Below are positions 28,321-41,328 of a DNA stretch of 64,000 nucleotides, piece after piece (positions within the stretch are counted from its first letter, which is position 1; the number at the start of each line of letters is the position of its first letter). Under the pieces are notes generated by a model. The model saw only the letters and a list, made by a program, of their open reading frames with translations, was not told the DNA's origin and ran no database searches. The stretch is from NCBI RefSeq assembly GCF_009914755.1, contig NC_060928.1. The stretch is one strand, 5' to 3'. Made by a program: the position numbers and the translations under genes. The stretch is from the human T2T-CHM13v2.0 reference genome, Homo sapiens.

Positions 28321-28406
28321 AGAAATTTAAATCTATTATGACTCAGATCAGAAGCCAGGTACCCCCTCAACTAGTTCACATCTAAAAATCAGGACTAATG
28401 CCAATC
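28321..28406 (+). repeat. 86-bp segment duplicated exactly at 30708-30793
   Basis: Base-by-base identity. Confidence 0.95.
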
Positions 28407-28449
28407 CCTACACATGTTGGAGTAAAGAGCTCATGCATGCGGGTGTGCA

Positions 28450-28451
<2 letters not shown>

Positions 28452-28486
<35 letters not shown>
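28452..28486. repeat. (CA)n microsatellite
   Basis: Direct reading. Confidence 0.95.
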
Positions 28487-28488
<2 letters not shown>

Positions 28489-28629
28489 TCATGTGAGCCT
28501 GGGAGGGTCTTGACTTCAAAACTGAAAACTGTGGCACATCTTACTGGAGCATCAGTTGATCTCAACATCTGTTTTGGTCTGGGAATAGCACAATTTGTTA
28601 GTTTAATATATTAATGTTCTTAGTTTTTC

Positions 28630-28850
28630 TTTACGGAGTATTTACCATGTGCCAAGGCATTGAGCTAAGTATTTTACAAGCATTATGTCTTTTAACTTTT
28701 ACAACAACCATATGAGGTACATCCCAATGGTATTCCCATCATATATGTAAAAAAACTGGCAGCCTTGTGAGGTTAAAAAACTTGTGCAAAGACATTTAGC
28801 TAAAAAGTGCTAGTTCCAGACTGCAAAGTCATGTTCTGAACCATTAAGCT
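28630..28850 (-). mobile_element. MIR
   Basis: ccatgtgcca...acaaccatatgaggta...gaggttaa core. Confidence 0.6.
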
Positions 28851-29173
28851 ATATTGAAACTCCCAACATTAATGTAATGAAGTAGAATGCCAACAACTTT
28901 AAATCAAAATACCAGAAACACCTGGAAGGTCATGCCAACCCCTTCACTCTCAAATGTGTATAAGCATTGTTTCTGAGAAGTTTGATAAGTACTGCAAAAA
29001 CCATTTTCACAAATATAACAAAGCCTAAATTTAACTCAATGAACACTTACTAGGTTCCTATCCTCTAAAGCACTCTGCTGTGGAAAATAAGCATTTATAA
29101 GTAAGGTCCCTGATTTCAAGCAATTATGCTGATGTAGTAATCTACACAGGTTTACTGACTCTTTTAAATTTAG

Positions 29174-29597
<424 letters not shown>

Positions 29598-30285
29598 TAA
29601 CTTTACATATCAATATGTATGCAATACATTTTATAAGAAATTGAGATTTAGACATGACACACTTCTTGGTCAAGGTCTCCACATACAAGGTTGAGTTGAA
29701 ATAAATGATAAATATAAAAGAAAAATGACGTCATAGGAAAGCCATAGAGAAGAGCCTAAATTGTATAGATTGACATATAGAAGATGGACAGAAATGGAAT
29801 GTTTTATAATTATAGAAATATTGAAATTATGATCCCGAGATAAGATTCAGCTTGACAAACAAAAGGTAGTCAAATACAAGCTTGGTCTGACTGGTAGCTG
29901 ATGAAGTTTCGTCTCTCCATGACCTTAGATGGGGGAATACACTTCTACAAAGCTTTCACATTTTCTGTCTTCTACCTACATAGATACTAACACTCCTCTT
30001 TAAATAGACCGCATTCTTTTCTGTTAGTCACATTCATGACTGGACTAGAGTACATCCTTCAGTTGCCAAAGTTTGGGGCAAGTTATGTAAACTTATTACT
30101 GGAGCATTCTAGGAAACACACAACCACGAGTCTGGGAGGAAGCTGCAGAGTAGACTCTGCTCTCATACAACTGTTATTTACTGACACCCACCAGGGCCAA
30201 ACTTGAAGTTCACACTTTATGAGTCATTGGTTCCATATCTTTAGAAGCATGGCGTATGAGGAGTCCTTTTCAAACTGCTGATTAC

Positions 30286-30475
30286 CTCCTCAGCTTCTGA
30301 ACATCTGTGTTGCTCTGTACCCATGACCATTTGTTTTATTTTGGTTTTTGCCAGCTGAGGATTAATTCAACTCAAAAGGCAATTCATCATGCTCGATTTT
30401 CTCCACATTTATTCCATTGATTAGGGAATTATTACAAGAGAGTGCCTCCCTCATACGATCTCACAATTATTGGGC
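30286..30475 (-). pseudogene. Frameshifted exon remnant (...INGINVEKIEHDELPFE.../LILSWQKPK...)
   Basis: Acceptor ctcctcttacctag|, donor GAG|gtaatc. Confidence 0.55.
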
Positions 30476-31021
30476 CTAGGTAAGAGGAGGTATGTTTGTC
30501 ATTCTTTAGAAACAGATATAAGGATAAAATGAGATATCTTGCATGTTTCACCTTCTTTGCAAGTACATTTTGGGGGTCCATCATTGTCTTATTTTTTCAG
30601 GCTTAACATTGGCTCTAGACACTCCCTCCCCGACACACCAAAAGGAAAAAAATAAATGCTCGAACTCAGTTTTGAAATCCAGTCCAAAACTTCTCAGGCT
30701 CACGAATAGAAATTTAAATCTATTATGACTCAGATCAGAAGCCAGGTACCCCCTCAACTAGTTCACATCTAAAAATCAGGACTAATGCCAATCAGGACTA
30801 ATGCACATGTGTGTATGTGTGAGAGATTGTGTGTGTGTGTTTCCCTGCTTTAATATTTCACAGCTTTACTGCATCTGAAAATATTTAGAAAGCTAGTTTA
30901 GAAAAACTAGCTTTACTTGCTAGTTTTTTACATATGTTAAAACGCTATGACAGTATTCTGAACGTGTCCAGTGCCTTCAACCTTTCCTACTGAAGGTATT
31001 TCGACCCCTTCCTGCACTCAC

Positions 31022-31233
31022 ACAATCCTCGCTGTCAACAGGATTTCCATTTGCAGCTGAGACAGGCAGAGGCTGGTCCAGATCAAGAATCTGGTCGTGT
31101 GTAAATGTGCACGTTCCCAGAACTGATCAAAGACAGACGCACACACAGATGGTGACTCATAGGATAAACTTTTCATCAAAATAAATACATTTAAGAAATA
31201 TATCTGAGGATAATTGGTTATAAATCATTTTAC
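31022..31233 (-). pseudogene. Exon remnant (GKMIYNQLSSDIFLKCIYFDEKFIL*VTICVCVCL*SVLGTCTF...)
   Basis: Acceptor ttttctgtttttcaag| in phase 1 matches the 37571 donor. Donor TGT|gtgagt. Confidence 0.65.
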
Positions 31234-32136
31234 CTTGAAAAACAGAAAATGGAGGCCAAATAAAAATTTTTAAATATTCCACAAACACAAAAATCCTATT
31301 AAGTGTGGTTAAAATGGATGCCAGCAACTTCTTTATACCACTGACTATGTTCCCAAATCACATGCACAGGATTTTCCAAGGATCACAAGTCAAAGGCAAC
31401 TAAGGCTATGTAGTAGCTGAGCCTGAAAGAACCTCATCTATGAGGTACACTGATTCTTTCCATCCCTCTTTCTTTTAAAATTATATATATATTTTTTAAA
31501 TCAACAAACTTAATGGATCATTTATCTCTACAGAATATATTATTTTTCTCCTGGCACTCAAAGATTGCCAAAGTTATCACCTGCAATGAAGAATTACCCA
31601 GGCAGCCACCTACCAGTAGTGATACAGCAATTAATCAGAGGAAAAGTCAATAGGAGAATGAGAGTATGGCACTTAAGAAACACGTCTGTGAGTGTGCTAC
31701 CATGGCATTATGGAGAGAATCAGTAGCAGACCAAAAGTGAACAAACAGGGGTTGTGTCCCACTTCCTATCGGGTCCTCAAAGATCCTGCCTAACCGAAAT
31801 TCAAGGGCACTTTCATCCATGTCATTTAAAGCTATTTTATATTCCATGGAAAACAAAGTCATGAATGAAACCAGTAAAATACTGTTTGCTGTAACATGCC
31901 ATCTCTTGGCTGAGCATAAGTGGGGAAGAAGTACAGGATGATTCGCAGCAATGGCTAAACTGTAAGCTAAAAGAAGGTGCTGTAAAGACAATGAAATGAG
32001 ACGTCTCCCTTTGGCTATGTCTGAAGAAATGATACAAAAATAGTGTTATGCAGCCATGGACCACTGGGAAACAAAGCCCACAAGAAGATCCATCTTGGCA
32101 TGCAGCCATCAAGGGTGGATTAGAACTGTATGTGAG

Positions 32137-32440
32137 CCTGGGTGCAGTGGTTCATGGGTATAATCCCAACACTTTGGGAGAACAAGGCGGGAGGACTGCA
32201 TGAGGCTAAGAGTTTGAGACCATCCTGAACAACATAGCAAGACCCTGTCTCTAGAGAAAAAATTTAAAAATTAACCAGGCATGGTAGTGTGTGACTATAG
32301 TCCTGACTAGTTGGGAGGCTGAGGCAGGAGGATCCCTTGAGCCCTGGAGTTCAAGGCTGCAGTGAGCTATGGTCTGACCACTGTACTCCAGCCTGGGTGA
32401 CAGAGTGAGACCCTGTCTCTAAAAAATAAACAAACAAAAA
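32137..32440 (+). mobile_element. AluJ-like with TSD aactgtatgtgag
   Basis: Dimeric Alu and TSD. Confidence 0.85.
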
Positions 32441-33922
32441 ACAACTGTATGTGAGTGAGAAAGAATTGGCTGTTGCAACTATTAATACATGACAAGAAGA
32501 AGATATATTGCCTAGTAGCTTTTTAGACACGTATATAGCTTTGTGGAAGCTACCTAGGTATACCAAGATGATTGAAGCCAACATAATACTTCTCTCATTG
32601 CTAACTCTCCTTTGTGATAAAATCTGACACCAAGGTTGGCAGTGAGAGCAGCAGTCAGGCCTGATGTTCATCTGCTCAACACTGGTATGGCCAGTGCAGT
32701 TGTTCATGGGTATGCCTATTCTGAGCAGCCAGTATTATGAAATATTGTTAATATCAGGTGTGCCTCAACTAAGGGATGAAAGTGCTTTAGTAATAGAAAG
32801 CAAATAGGGCAATAAGAAGAAACTAGGTATTTCAAAGGTTTATATTTTGCTTAAAGTGAAAATGTAATTACACATAGTTTACCAATAAGTATTAGAAATG
32901 GCAATTGGAAAGTGTGGCCAGCACAAATAAGTATAAGGACATTTGCCAACAAAATAAAAAAAAAAACACAAAAACTTAAGTTGTAGAATCCAGAGATAAA
33001 AAAAAGGAGGTGACATACTCAAGAGGAAAATGGTAAAAAATAGAGCTAGAGGAACAATAAAATTAATGTCAAAAAGCTTAGGGGAAGAAAAAATATTTAT
33101 ATGAACTATAACAAGGGTTTATTTCTAGTAAAATAAAAAAATCTTAAAAATGGTTACTATCAAAACTTCAATGGATAAGTGGGTAAACGGTTAGGAAATT
33201 TAAAAAAGAAGTACAGAAGGTGAAAAAAATTAACACATTTTGAATACTTAAAAGAAATATAAGTGAAAGGAAATATTTTAGCAAAACTTTTTAATGACAA
33301 AAGTCTTCAGGGGGTGGTGGGGAAAATAAGTAGACTCATTCAGTGCCAATGACATTATAAATTGAAGATATCTGGAGAATATTTGCTAATTAGAAAACAG
33401 TATGTTCAGTGATTCCACTGTTGTAAATTCATCTATGGATATAATTTTTTAAATTATGTGATGCTTAAAGAAAAACTAACTATAAACAACTTAAGCTCCC
33501 TATTAGGGGAAAGCCAAGTATATTAGAGCATACTGATGTAACTGAATAGCATGCCACCACTAAAAAGATAAATGTGATAAGGAAATGTGGAGAAATATTT
33601 ATAAAAATATTAAAAGTAGAAATATATGTACAACTATGTACACATATATGTATGTGTGTATATGCAATAGCCAAATTAATTTATAATTTATAGATAAGAT
33701 TGAATGCTATCCCACTAAAAAGCTAAATATAAGTAATAACAAAATATGAAATATTTATAAAATAGCAAAAGAACAGCAGAAACACATATATACATGTAAG
33801 TATATATATGTATATGTACATATATTACAATTATAAAAACTACTTATAAGTTTGAAACAAAAATCAGTAGGGAGCTTGAAGAAATGAAACTGGTTGTGTG
33901 TGTGAGATTTTTATTATTTTTT

Positions 33923-35922
33923 TTTCCTCCCATGACATGTGGGAATTATGGGAGTTACAATTCAAGATGAGATTTGGGCAGGGACAAAAGCAAACCATAT
34001 CATTCCACTCCTGGCCCCTCCCAAATCTCATGTCCTCACATTTCAAAATGAATCATGCCTTCCCAACAGTCTGCCAAAGTCTTAACTCATTTCAGCATTA
34101 ACTCAAAAGTCCATAGTCCAACATCTCATCTGAGAAAAGGCAAGACCCTTCTGCCTATGTGCAGAATCAAAAGCAATTTAGCTATTTCCTAGATACAATG
34201 GGGGTACAGGCATTGCCTAAATACAGCTGTTGCAAATGGGAGAAAATGGCCAAAATGAAGGGGCTACAGACCCCATGCAAGTCTGAAATCCAGCAGGGCA
34301 GTTGAATCTTAAAGCTCCAAAATGATCTCCTTTGACTCCATGTCTTACATCCAGGTCATACTGATGCAAGAGGTGGGTTCCCATGGTCTTGGGCAGCTCC
34401 GCCCCTGTGGCTATGCAGTGTACAGCCTCCCTCCTGGCTACTTTCACTGGTGGGTGTTGAGTGTTTATGGCTTTTCCAGGTGAATGGTGCACACTGTCAG
34501 TGCATCTACCATTCTCAGGTCTGGAGAATAGCAATAGCCCTCTTCTCACAGCTCCACTAGGTAGTGCCCCAGTAGGGACTCTGTGTGGGGGCTCCAACCC
34601 CACATTTCCCTTCTGCACTGCCCTAGCCGAGGTTCTCCCTGATGGCCCTGTCCCTGTAGCAAACTTCTGCCTGGGCATCCAGGTGTTTCCATACCTCCTC
34701 TGAAATCTAGGTGGAAGTTGCCAAATCCCAATTCTTGACTTCTGTGCACCCACAGGCTCAGCACCACAGGGAAGGTGCCAGGCTTATGGCTTGTACCCTC
34801 TGAAGCCATGGCCCAAGCTGTACCTTGGCCCCTTTTAGTCATGGCTGGAGCGACTGGGATGCAGAGCACCAAGTCCCTCCTAGACTGCACACAGCATGGC
34901 CCATGAAAACATTTTTTCCTCCTGGGCCTCTGGGCCTGTGATGTGAGGGGCTGCCATGAAGACCTCTGACATGCCCTGGAGACATTTTCCCCATTGTCTT
35001 GGGGATTAACATTTGGCTCCTCATTACTTATGCGAATTTTTGCAGCTGGCTTGAATTTCTCCTCAGAAAATGAGATTTTCTTTTCTATCACATTGTACAG
35101 CTGCAAAATTTCCAAACTTTTATGCTATGCTTTCCTTATAAAACTGACTGCCTTAATAGCACCCAAGTCATCTCTTGAATGCTTTGCTGCTTAGAAATTT
35201 CTTCTGCCAGATACCCTAAATCATCTCTGTCAAGTTCAAAGTTCCACAAGTCTCTAGGGCAGGCGCAAAATGCTGCCAGTCTCTTTGCTAAAAATTAACA
35301 AGAGGCACCTTTGCTCCAGTTCTCAACAAGTTTCTCATCTCCATCTGGGACCACCTCAGCCTGGATTTCATTGTTCATATCATTATCGGCATTTTGGTCA
35401 AAGCCATTCAACAGGTTTCTAGGAAGTTCCAAACTTTCCCACATTTTCCTGTCTTCTTCTGAGCCCTCCAAACTGCTCCAATCTCTGCCTGTTACCCAGT
35501 TTCAAAGTTTCTTCCACATTTTTGGGTATCTTTTCAGTAATGCCTTAGTCCCAGTCACAATTTATGGTATTAGTCCATTTTCATGCTGCTGATAAAGACA
35601 TACCTGAGGCTGGGAAGAAAAAGAGGTTTAACGGACTTATAGTTCCATGTGGCTGGGGAGTCCTCACAATCATGGCGGAAGGCAAGGAGGACTAAGTCAC
35701 ATCTTAAGTGGATGGTAGCAGGCAAAGAGAGCTTCTGCAGGGAAACTCGTTTTTAAAACCATCAGATCTCATGAGACTCATTCACTATCATGAGAACAGT
35801 GCAGAAAAGACCCACCCCTCATAATCCAATCATCTCCCACCACTTCCTCCCATGACACATGAGAATTGTAGGAGTTACAATTCAAGACGAGATTTGGGTG
35901 GGGACACAGCCAAACCACACCA
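33923..35922 (-). mobile_element. THE1 (A/B-like) MaLR: complete 5' LTR 35565-35922, internal region, 3' LTR truncated to about 80 bp (33923-34002)
   Basis: LTR motif gagatttggg...caaaccatatca occurs twice. THE1-int pseudo-ORFs 34217-35115. Confidence 0.9.
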
Positions 35923-36015
35923 GGAACCAATTACCTTCAAATTCTTGAACTATTTGGAATTTCACAATAACTTTTCCCCATAATCCTCAACATTGTAAAT
36001 ATTAAACAGTCATAA

Positions 36016-36362
<347 letters not shown>

Positions 36363-37570
36363 GCAACAAAATCTTTAAATATGAAATAGTACAAAAAATT
36401 TTAAGTGACATGAGCCAACTGAGATGTGCTGGGAGGAGTGCATTTCCCCTCTAAAAGAACAGATTCTACTCAGCTCTAGCATATTGTTGGCAGATTTCTC
36501 CATTTTTCAAGAAAAGCTAAAACTCACATGCTTATCTGAAATCTCCCAAGTTTTGAAATACTAAAATAAAATAAAATATTTCCACAATCCTGTGGCAATT
36601 TCCACCATTTGGTGGATCATTTTTGAGTCTGGGATACCCTCTCAGACATGTACATGGCTTGCTTAGCCTCTCTGTTCCTTGATTCCTTAACTATAAAAAT
36701 GGGGTAATAATAACCACACCCACCTAATAAGGTTGTGGGTAGGAATAAATTAAAGATAAATGAAAAGTGTTTAAATTACTGCTAGTCACACGGTAAGTGC
36801 TGAAAAGTTACCACTTTCCCGATCAGTTTTCCGCTGAAAATAAGCACTTGGCATCTCTCCATTTAAAACTATCAAAGCTTCTAAATCAATTGACAATATT
36901 TCCTGATACATACTCGATACAGATCACTGCTCTGAGGACTGTGCAAATAGGCAAGGAAAAGGAAGGTACAAGGTACCTACACTTGTCAATAAAATGAGAA
37001 TGAAGAATCAGGGTAAATGTATATTAAACCAACCCAAGGACATGTACCAAAATTTAAAAAAAATGTTCAAATGGATATTAGCAAAATCATAAGAAAAACT
37101 AGGATCATTAAGAGAAGGGAGTGATATATGAGTTGGTATAATAGATTATAAGGCAGGACAGAGTGTGGGATGAGGCCACACTGAGTAGCTTCTTCAGGAA
37201 AACAAGCATTTAGGCAGGGCTCAAAAGAAGACAAGAAATGTTATTTAAATTGGGAGATATAATGGGGAAAGAAAATTGATTAGAAAGTTAAGGAAGATAT
37301 CATGGAAGTCATTAAACTGAGTGAAGCGTGCATTTTAGAGGCTAAAGCATACCTGAGGAAAGGGAATATGGGCATGGTGAAATCAGCTTCAGGGGCTGGG
37401 CATGAGAAGACATTAAACCTGTGAACAACGATAAAAATGAAAAAGAAAACGAGATAAGTGATCCAGCTTCATTTCCTCTGCTAAAGCTATCCCTTCAAAA
37501 TGCTCTCTCTCTTTCCAAAAGATATGGTTTAAACATGGTCCCTTTCACTATCACATTGAAAATCTCTCAC

Positions 37571-37675
37571 CAGGGAGTATGACAACTCTGCAAGCACCTG
37601 ATCTGTGAGAGAATTGAGATGTCCTATATTTGGCTATACTTTTTTTCTTCACTCCTTCTAAAAACTGCATATTTG
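37571..37675 (-). pseudogene. Stop-free exon remnant (NMQFLEGVKKKSIAKYRTSQFSHRSGACRVVILP), phase 1->1
   Basis: Acceptor gatttttttacag|, donor CTG|gtgaga, 105 nt. Confidence 0.7.
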
Positions 37676-38972
37676 CTGTAAAAAAATCACATAATAACAT
37701 CTAAGTGAAATATTTCAAATGAATAAAATTACCTTTAATTCCCAAAGCTAACACAATTCTTATTATTTTCATATTTTCTTGTCTAATCTATGTCCGTAAG
37801 TCTACAGATTTGCCTAGTTATAATCGTTGAGTGCATTCAATTGCATTTTCTATTTTGTTCACTTGCCATGTATCAAAATATTGCCTTAGGTTTCTATAGT
37901 TATCGCTAGTACTTAAATGTCTGCATAATAGTTCATCAAGTTGATGCCTCATAATTTAATATCGGAAATTAAGTAATGTTCATTCACTTCTGTCACAGAA
38001 AATGCTACAATATGCATCATTTTGCACAAAGTTTAAATGTTGTTCGACTATTTCCTGTAGATTAATTCAAGAGAATGAGAAGACAAATATATTAACTTTT
38101 TATTCTCCCTTAGCCCATATATATTAACATGAACATGAATGGGTTATAATGCTATTATAAGAAAATTGGGGGAATTTTGGACGTACCACCAAAGACACTT
38201 AGCCTGGAGTGTGATTTATACCAAATCACACTTCAGTTCTAAAAATGCTCTATGACCCCACAAGGGTGCTATGAATTGGCCTTTTAATTAGAGTAAAACT
38301 GAATGTCAAGTCATGTCTTTCCCCCACCCCCAATTCCTCTTACAAGTTAATGTGCTGATGGTAAAGACATAAATAGCAACCTTCTCTCTTCAGATAAATT
38401 GCCCAAGAGAGCTGTGATAGTGAATCTACAGGCCTATAAATCTAATAAACAAGAATTATCCAATACTGAGAAATGTGAGCAAGACATGGCTCTGAACTGT
38501 ATTAGGTATTAATTTAATAAAACGATGAGGTGAGTGCACATATCGAATTGAAACTACAATCATACAGAGTACCAGAGAAATTGCTAAAGCAAATGTGATA
38601 ACAAACAACAAAATTGAGGTTAAAAAACTGGCAGCATTTTGTAAAATGCCATTACTTTAAAATTCACACACATAAAGAAATGTCAATGTTATTATTGAGG
38701 AGCACAATTAAAGTGAAACAACTTTGGCTATAGTTTTTAGCTCAGAAATTGGTAATAAAAAGTGGTTTGGAAGGAATAGTGGTATGTCTTGATAAAGATG
38801 GAAAGGTTTGGGAATAATCACAAAGTCTAGGTTCATACAGGCAATGTAAAATGAAGATTGGTTAGTAAGTTAGAAGATTGAAATAGGAAACCTTTAGAAA
38901 AAAACATAGCTATTGAAATTAAAAATACTCTATTGATGGCTTAATCCAGAGTATGGCTGGAAAAATACTCAT

Positions 38973-39156
38973 CCCCGCTTATCATCTGGACACAGTGGAT
39001 CCTTTCATTGCTCATATTTTAAAGTCATTTTTATAAGTCATCTATATAGAAGAGCAAAGTGATAAAATGATCCAGTGCAACCATATGATAGTTTCAAGAG
39101 AGAATGAGTTTTACTCCTTTAAAATTTGTAAATTCTTTTTGTTTTTTGGAAGACCT
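38973..39156 (-). pseudogene. Exon remnant with an apparently mutated donor (G|atgagt)
   Basis: Acceptor tttattatttcttag|. Phase 0->1 matches the 37675 exon if the donor was gtgagt. Confidence 0.45.
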
Positions 39157-39229
39157 CTAAGAAATAATAAAAGCCTCATGCTTCTTAAAAGCAGTTAGAA
39201 TTGCTCATAACAGACACTCAAATGCTAAA

Positions 39230-39560
39230 ATTGGGTAAAATGAACTCTAAGGATTAAGCAACCATTTAAGCACAGTTAAAGACAGACTTAATAAACTGAA
39301 TGATGGATCAGGAGAAATTACTCAGAATGCAGCACAGAGACCTGGAGATAGAAAATATGCAAAAGAGGTTAAGAGATACAGAGGACAGGGGATGAGAAGG
39401 TTTAATGTACATTTAATGAGAGTCCTAAAAGGAAAAAATAAAATAGAAAGGAAGGGAGGCAATATTTGAAGTATAATATCTGAGGATTTTCTACAACTGA
39501 TAAAAAGAAAATCCAGCTATACAGGAATCATGCTTATTTTTTAAATGATGAAAGAATTCA
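39230..39560 (+). mobile_element. Old L1 ORF1-region fragment
   Basis: cagaatgcagcacagaga...gaggttaagaga...gcaatatttgaa motifs. Confidence 0.55.
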
Positions 39561-39940
39561 CACTTCAGAAACTTTTATTCATATACCCCACACACAGGTG
39601 TGCACTTTGAAAATAGTGGAGTGCATGTTATGTCAGCATTTATTAAATACCTATGGGCTACAAACGAGTCTAGGTATTAACATGCCAGAGCAGTACATAA
39701 TTTAGGTGTTCCTCTCTTTACATCAAGAGGGTAACTGTTGACTCCAAATTTTGCATAAATTATTTTGTACTGAATCATATTTTAAAGGCAGTTTATTATA
39801 TTCCTATTTTAAGATATCCTGTTATATATGGTCCTTGATAAAGACGAGAATCATTCTATTAACCAAATTTTAAGAAACTGTAAGTTTTTGCATATTACAT
39901 TTTCTATAAACTAGATATAAACAGACATGCCAGCTATTTT

Positions 39941-40068
39941 GGCTGGGCATGGTGGCTTACATCTGTAACCCTAGCCCTTTCGGAGGCTGAGGCAGGAAGA
40001 TCACTAGAGCCCAGGAGTTCAAATCCAGCCTGGGCAACATAGTGAGACTCCCATCTCTATTTTTAAAA
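39941..40068 (+). mobile_element. FLAM / Alu left monomer
   Basis: Single monomer with TSD agctatttt. Confidence 0.8.
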
Positions 40069-41091
40069 ATAGTAGCTATTTTTACAATTAACATAAATTT
40101 CAAAATACTTAAACACCTGCCCAAGGTCCTTAAAAGAGAAGGGTGTGAGGGGCAGGGGTGTGGGCTGGTGGGAGAGATGGTTGAATATTCAGCACTGACA
40201 GTCTTTGCTGGATCACCCATGGTCTTTTTATACTTTAGAGTCTCAGGTTGTTCCTCCTCTCCTTTCTCCTCTGCTTGAGGCCTTTGTAGCACATTGCTAA
40301 AATATGCAACAGAAGAAGGAAGAGATAGCCTCTGCATTCCTTTCCTCCCCTACACCTAATCCTCAGCTCTTTCCTCAGTAGCTGAAGACATGAAGGCGTG
40401 AGGGAAAAACGCCTCTTGTTCTCAGCTTCTTCCCCTTCCCATCTGGGAGCCCTGGTCTCAGGACTAGGTTAGAGAATCACGGCTTATTAATGGCTCTTGG
40501 CTTCCTCTCTTTTCCCTTACTCCTCATTCTTGTAGTCTTTGATGATTACAGTCAACAGGGCCCAGGGCTTGAGGAAAGAAGAAAATCTATCTAAAATGCA
40601 TAACTGTTTTTTTAAAAATATTATATATGATTGATAATAGTGTAGTTACTTAAGAATGAAGGGCTATGACAAACCTTGACTATCCAAATACTAGCTGCAT
40701 GTTCTTTGCAAGTTATTTAACCTCTCTGTGTTTTGGTTTCCTCATCTATAAAATGGAGGTAAAAATTGGTAACTATCTGATAAGAACTTGTGAAGCATAA
40801 ACTGGTGTACCATCAGGCTCCACTGACCCCAATTTTAGCTTCTGAGATTGATTTTGGGATAGTAAGTACTTAAAACAGTGCCTTGCATATGGCAGGCATA
40901 TGGTAACATTCAATAAATGTTAATTCTTATTTTTTAAAATTATATTTATGTAATAGGTTATATCTAAATTATATTTTACATAATTAAAATTATGTGCATA
41001 ATTTTATTATTATATATAATTGTAAAACAATTTAAAATTTTTTAGGTATGATTTAGAAAGCTATCAGCAAAAAGGTTCATGGTGTTACTTC

Positions 41092-41328
41092 TTTTAAAAA
41101 ATTAAGTTTTTGGTGTACAGATTGTTCTTGGTTACATAGATAAGTTCTTTAGTGGTGATTTCTGAGATTTTAGTGCACCCATCACTCGAGAATGTACACT
41201 GTACCCCATAAGTAGTTTCATCTCCCACCTCCCCAACCTTCCCCTCCGAGTCCCCAAAGTCCATTATATATCTCTTATGACTTTGCATCCTCATAGCTTA
41301 GCTCCCACTTATGAGTGAGAAATACATA
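41092..41328 (-). mobile_element. L1PB/L1MA 3' end
   Basis: gttctttagtggtgatttctgagatttt...gctcccacttatgagtgaga. Confidence 0.75.

Noticed and set aside
34217-35592. 178- and 189-aa ORFs
   Set aside because: THE1 internal pseudo-ORFs, not a host gene.
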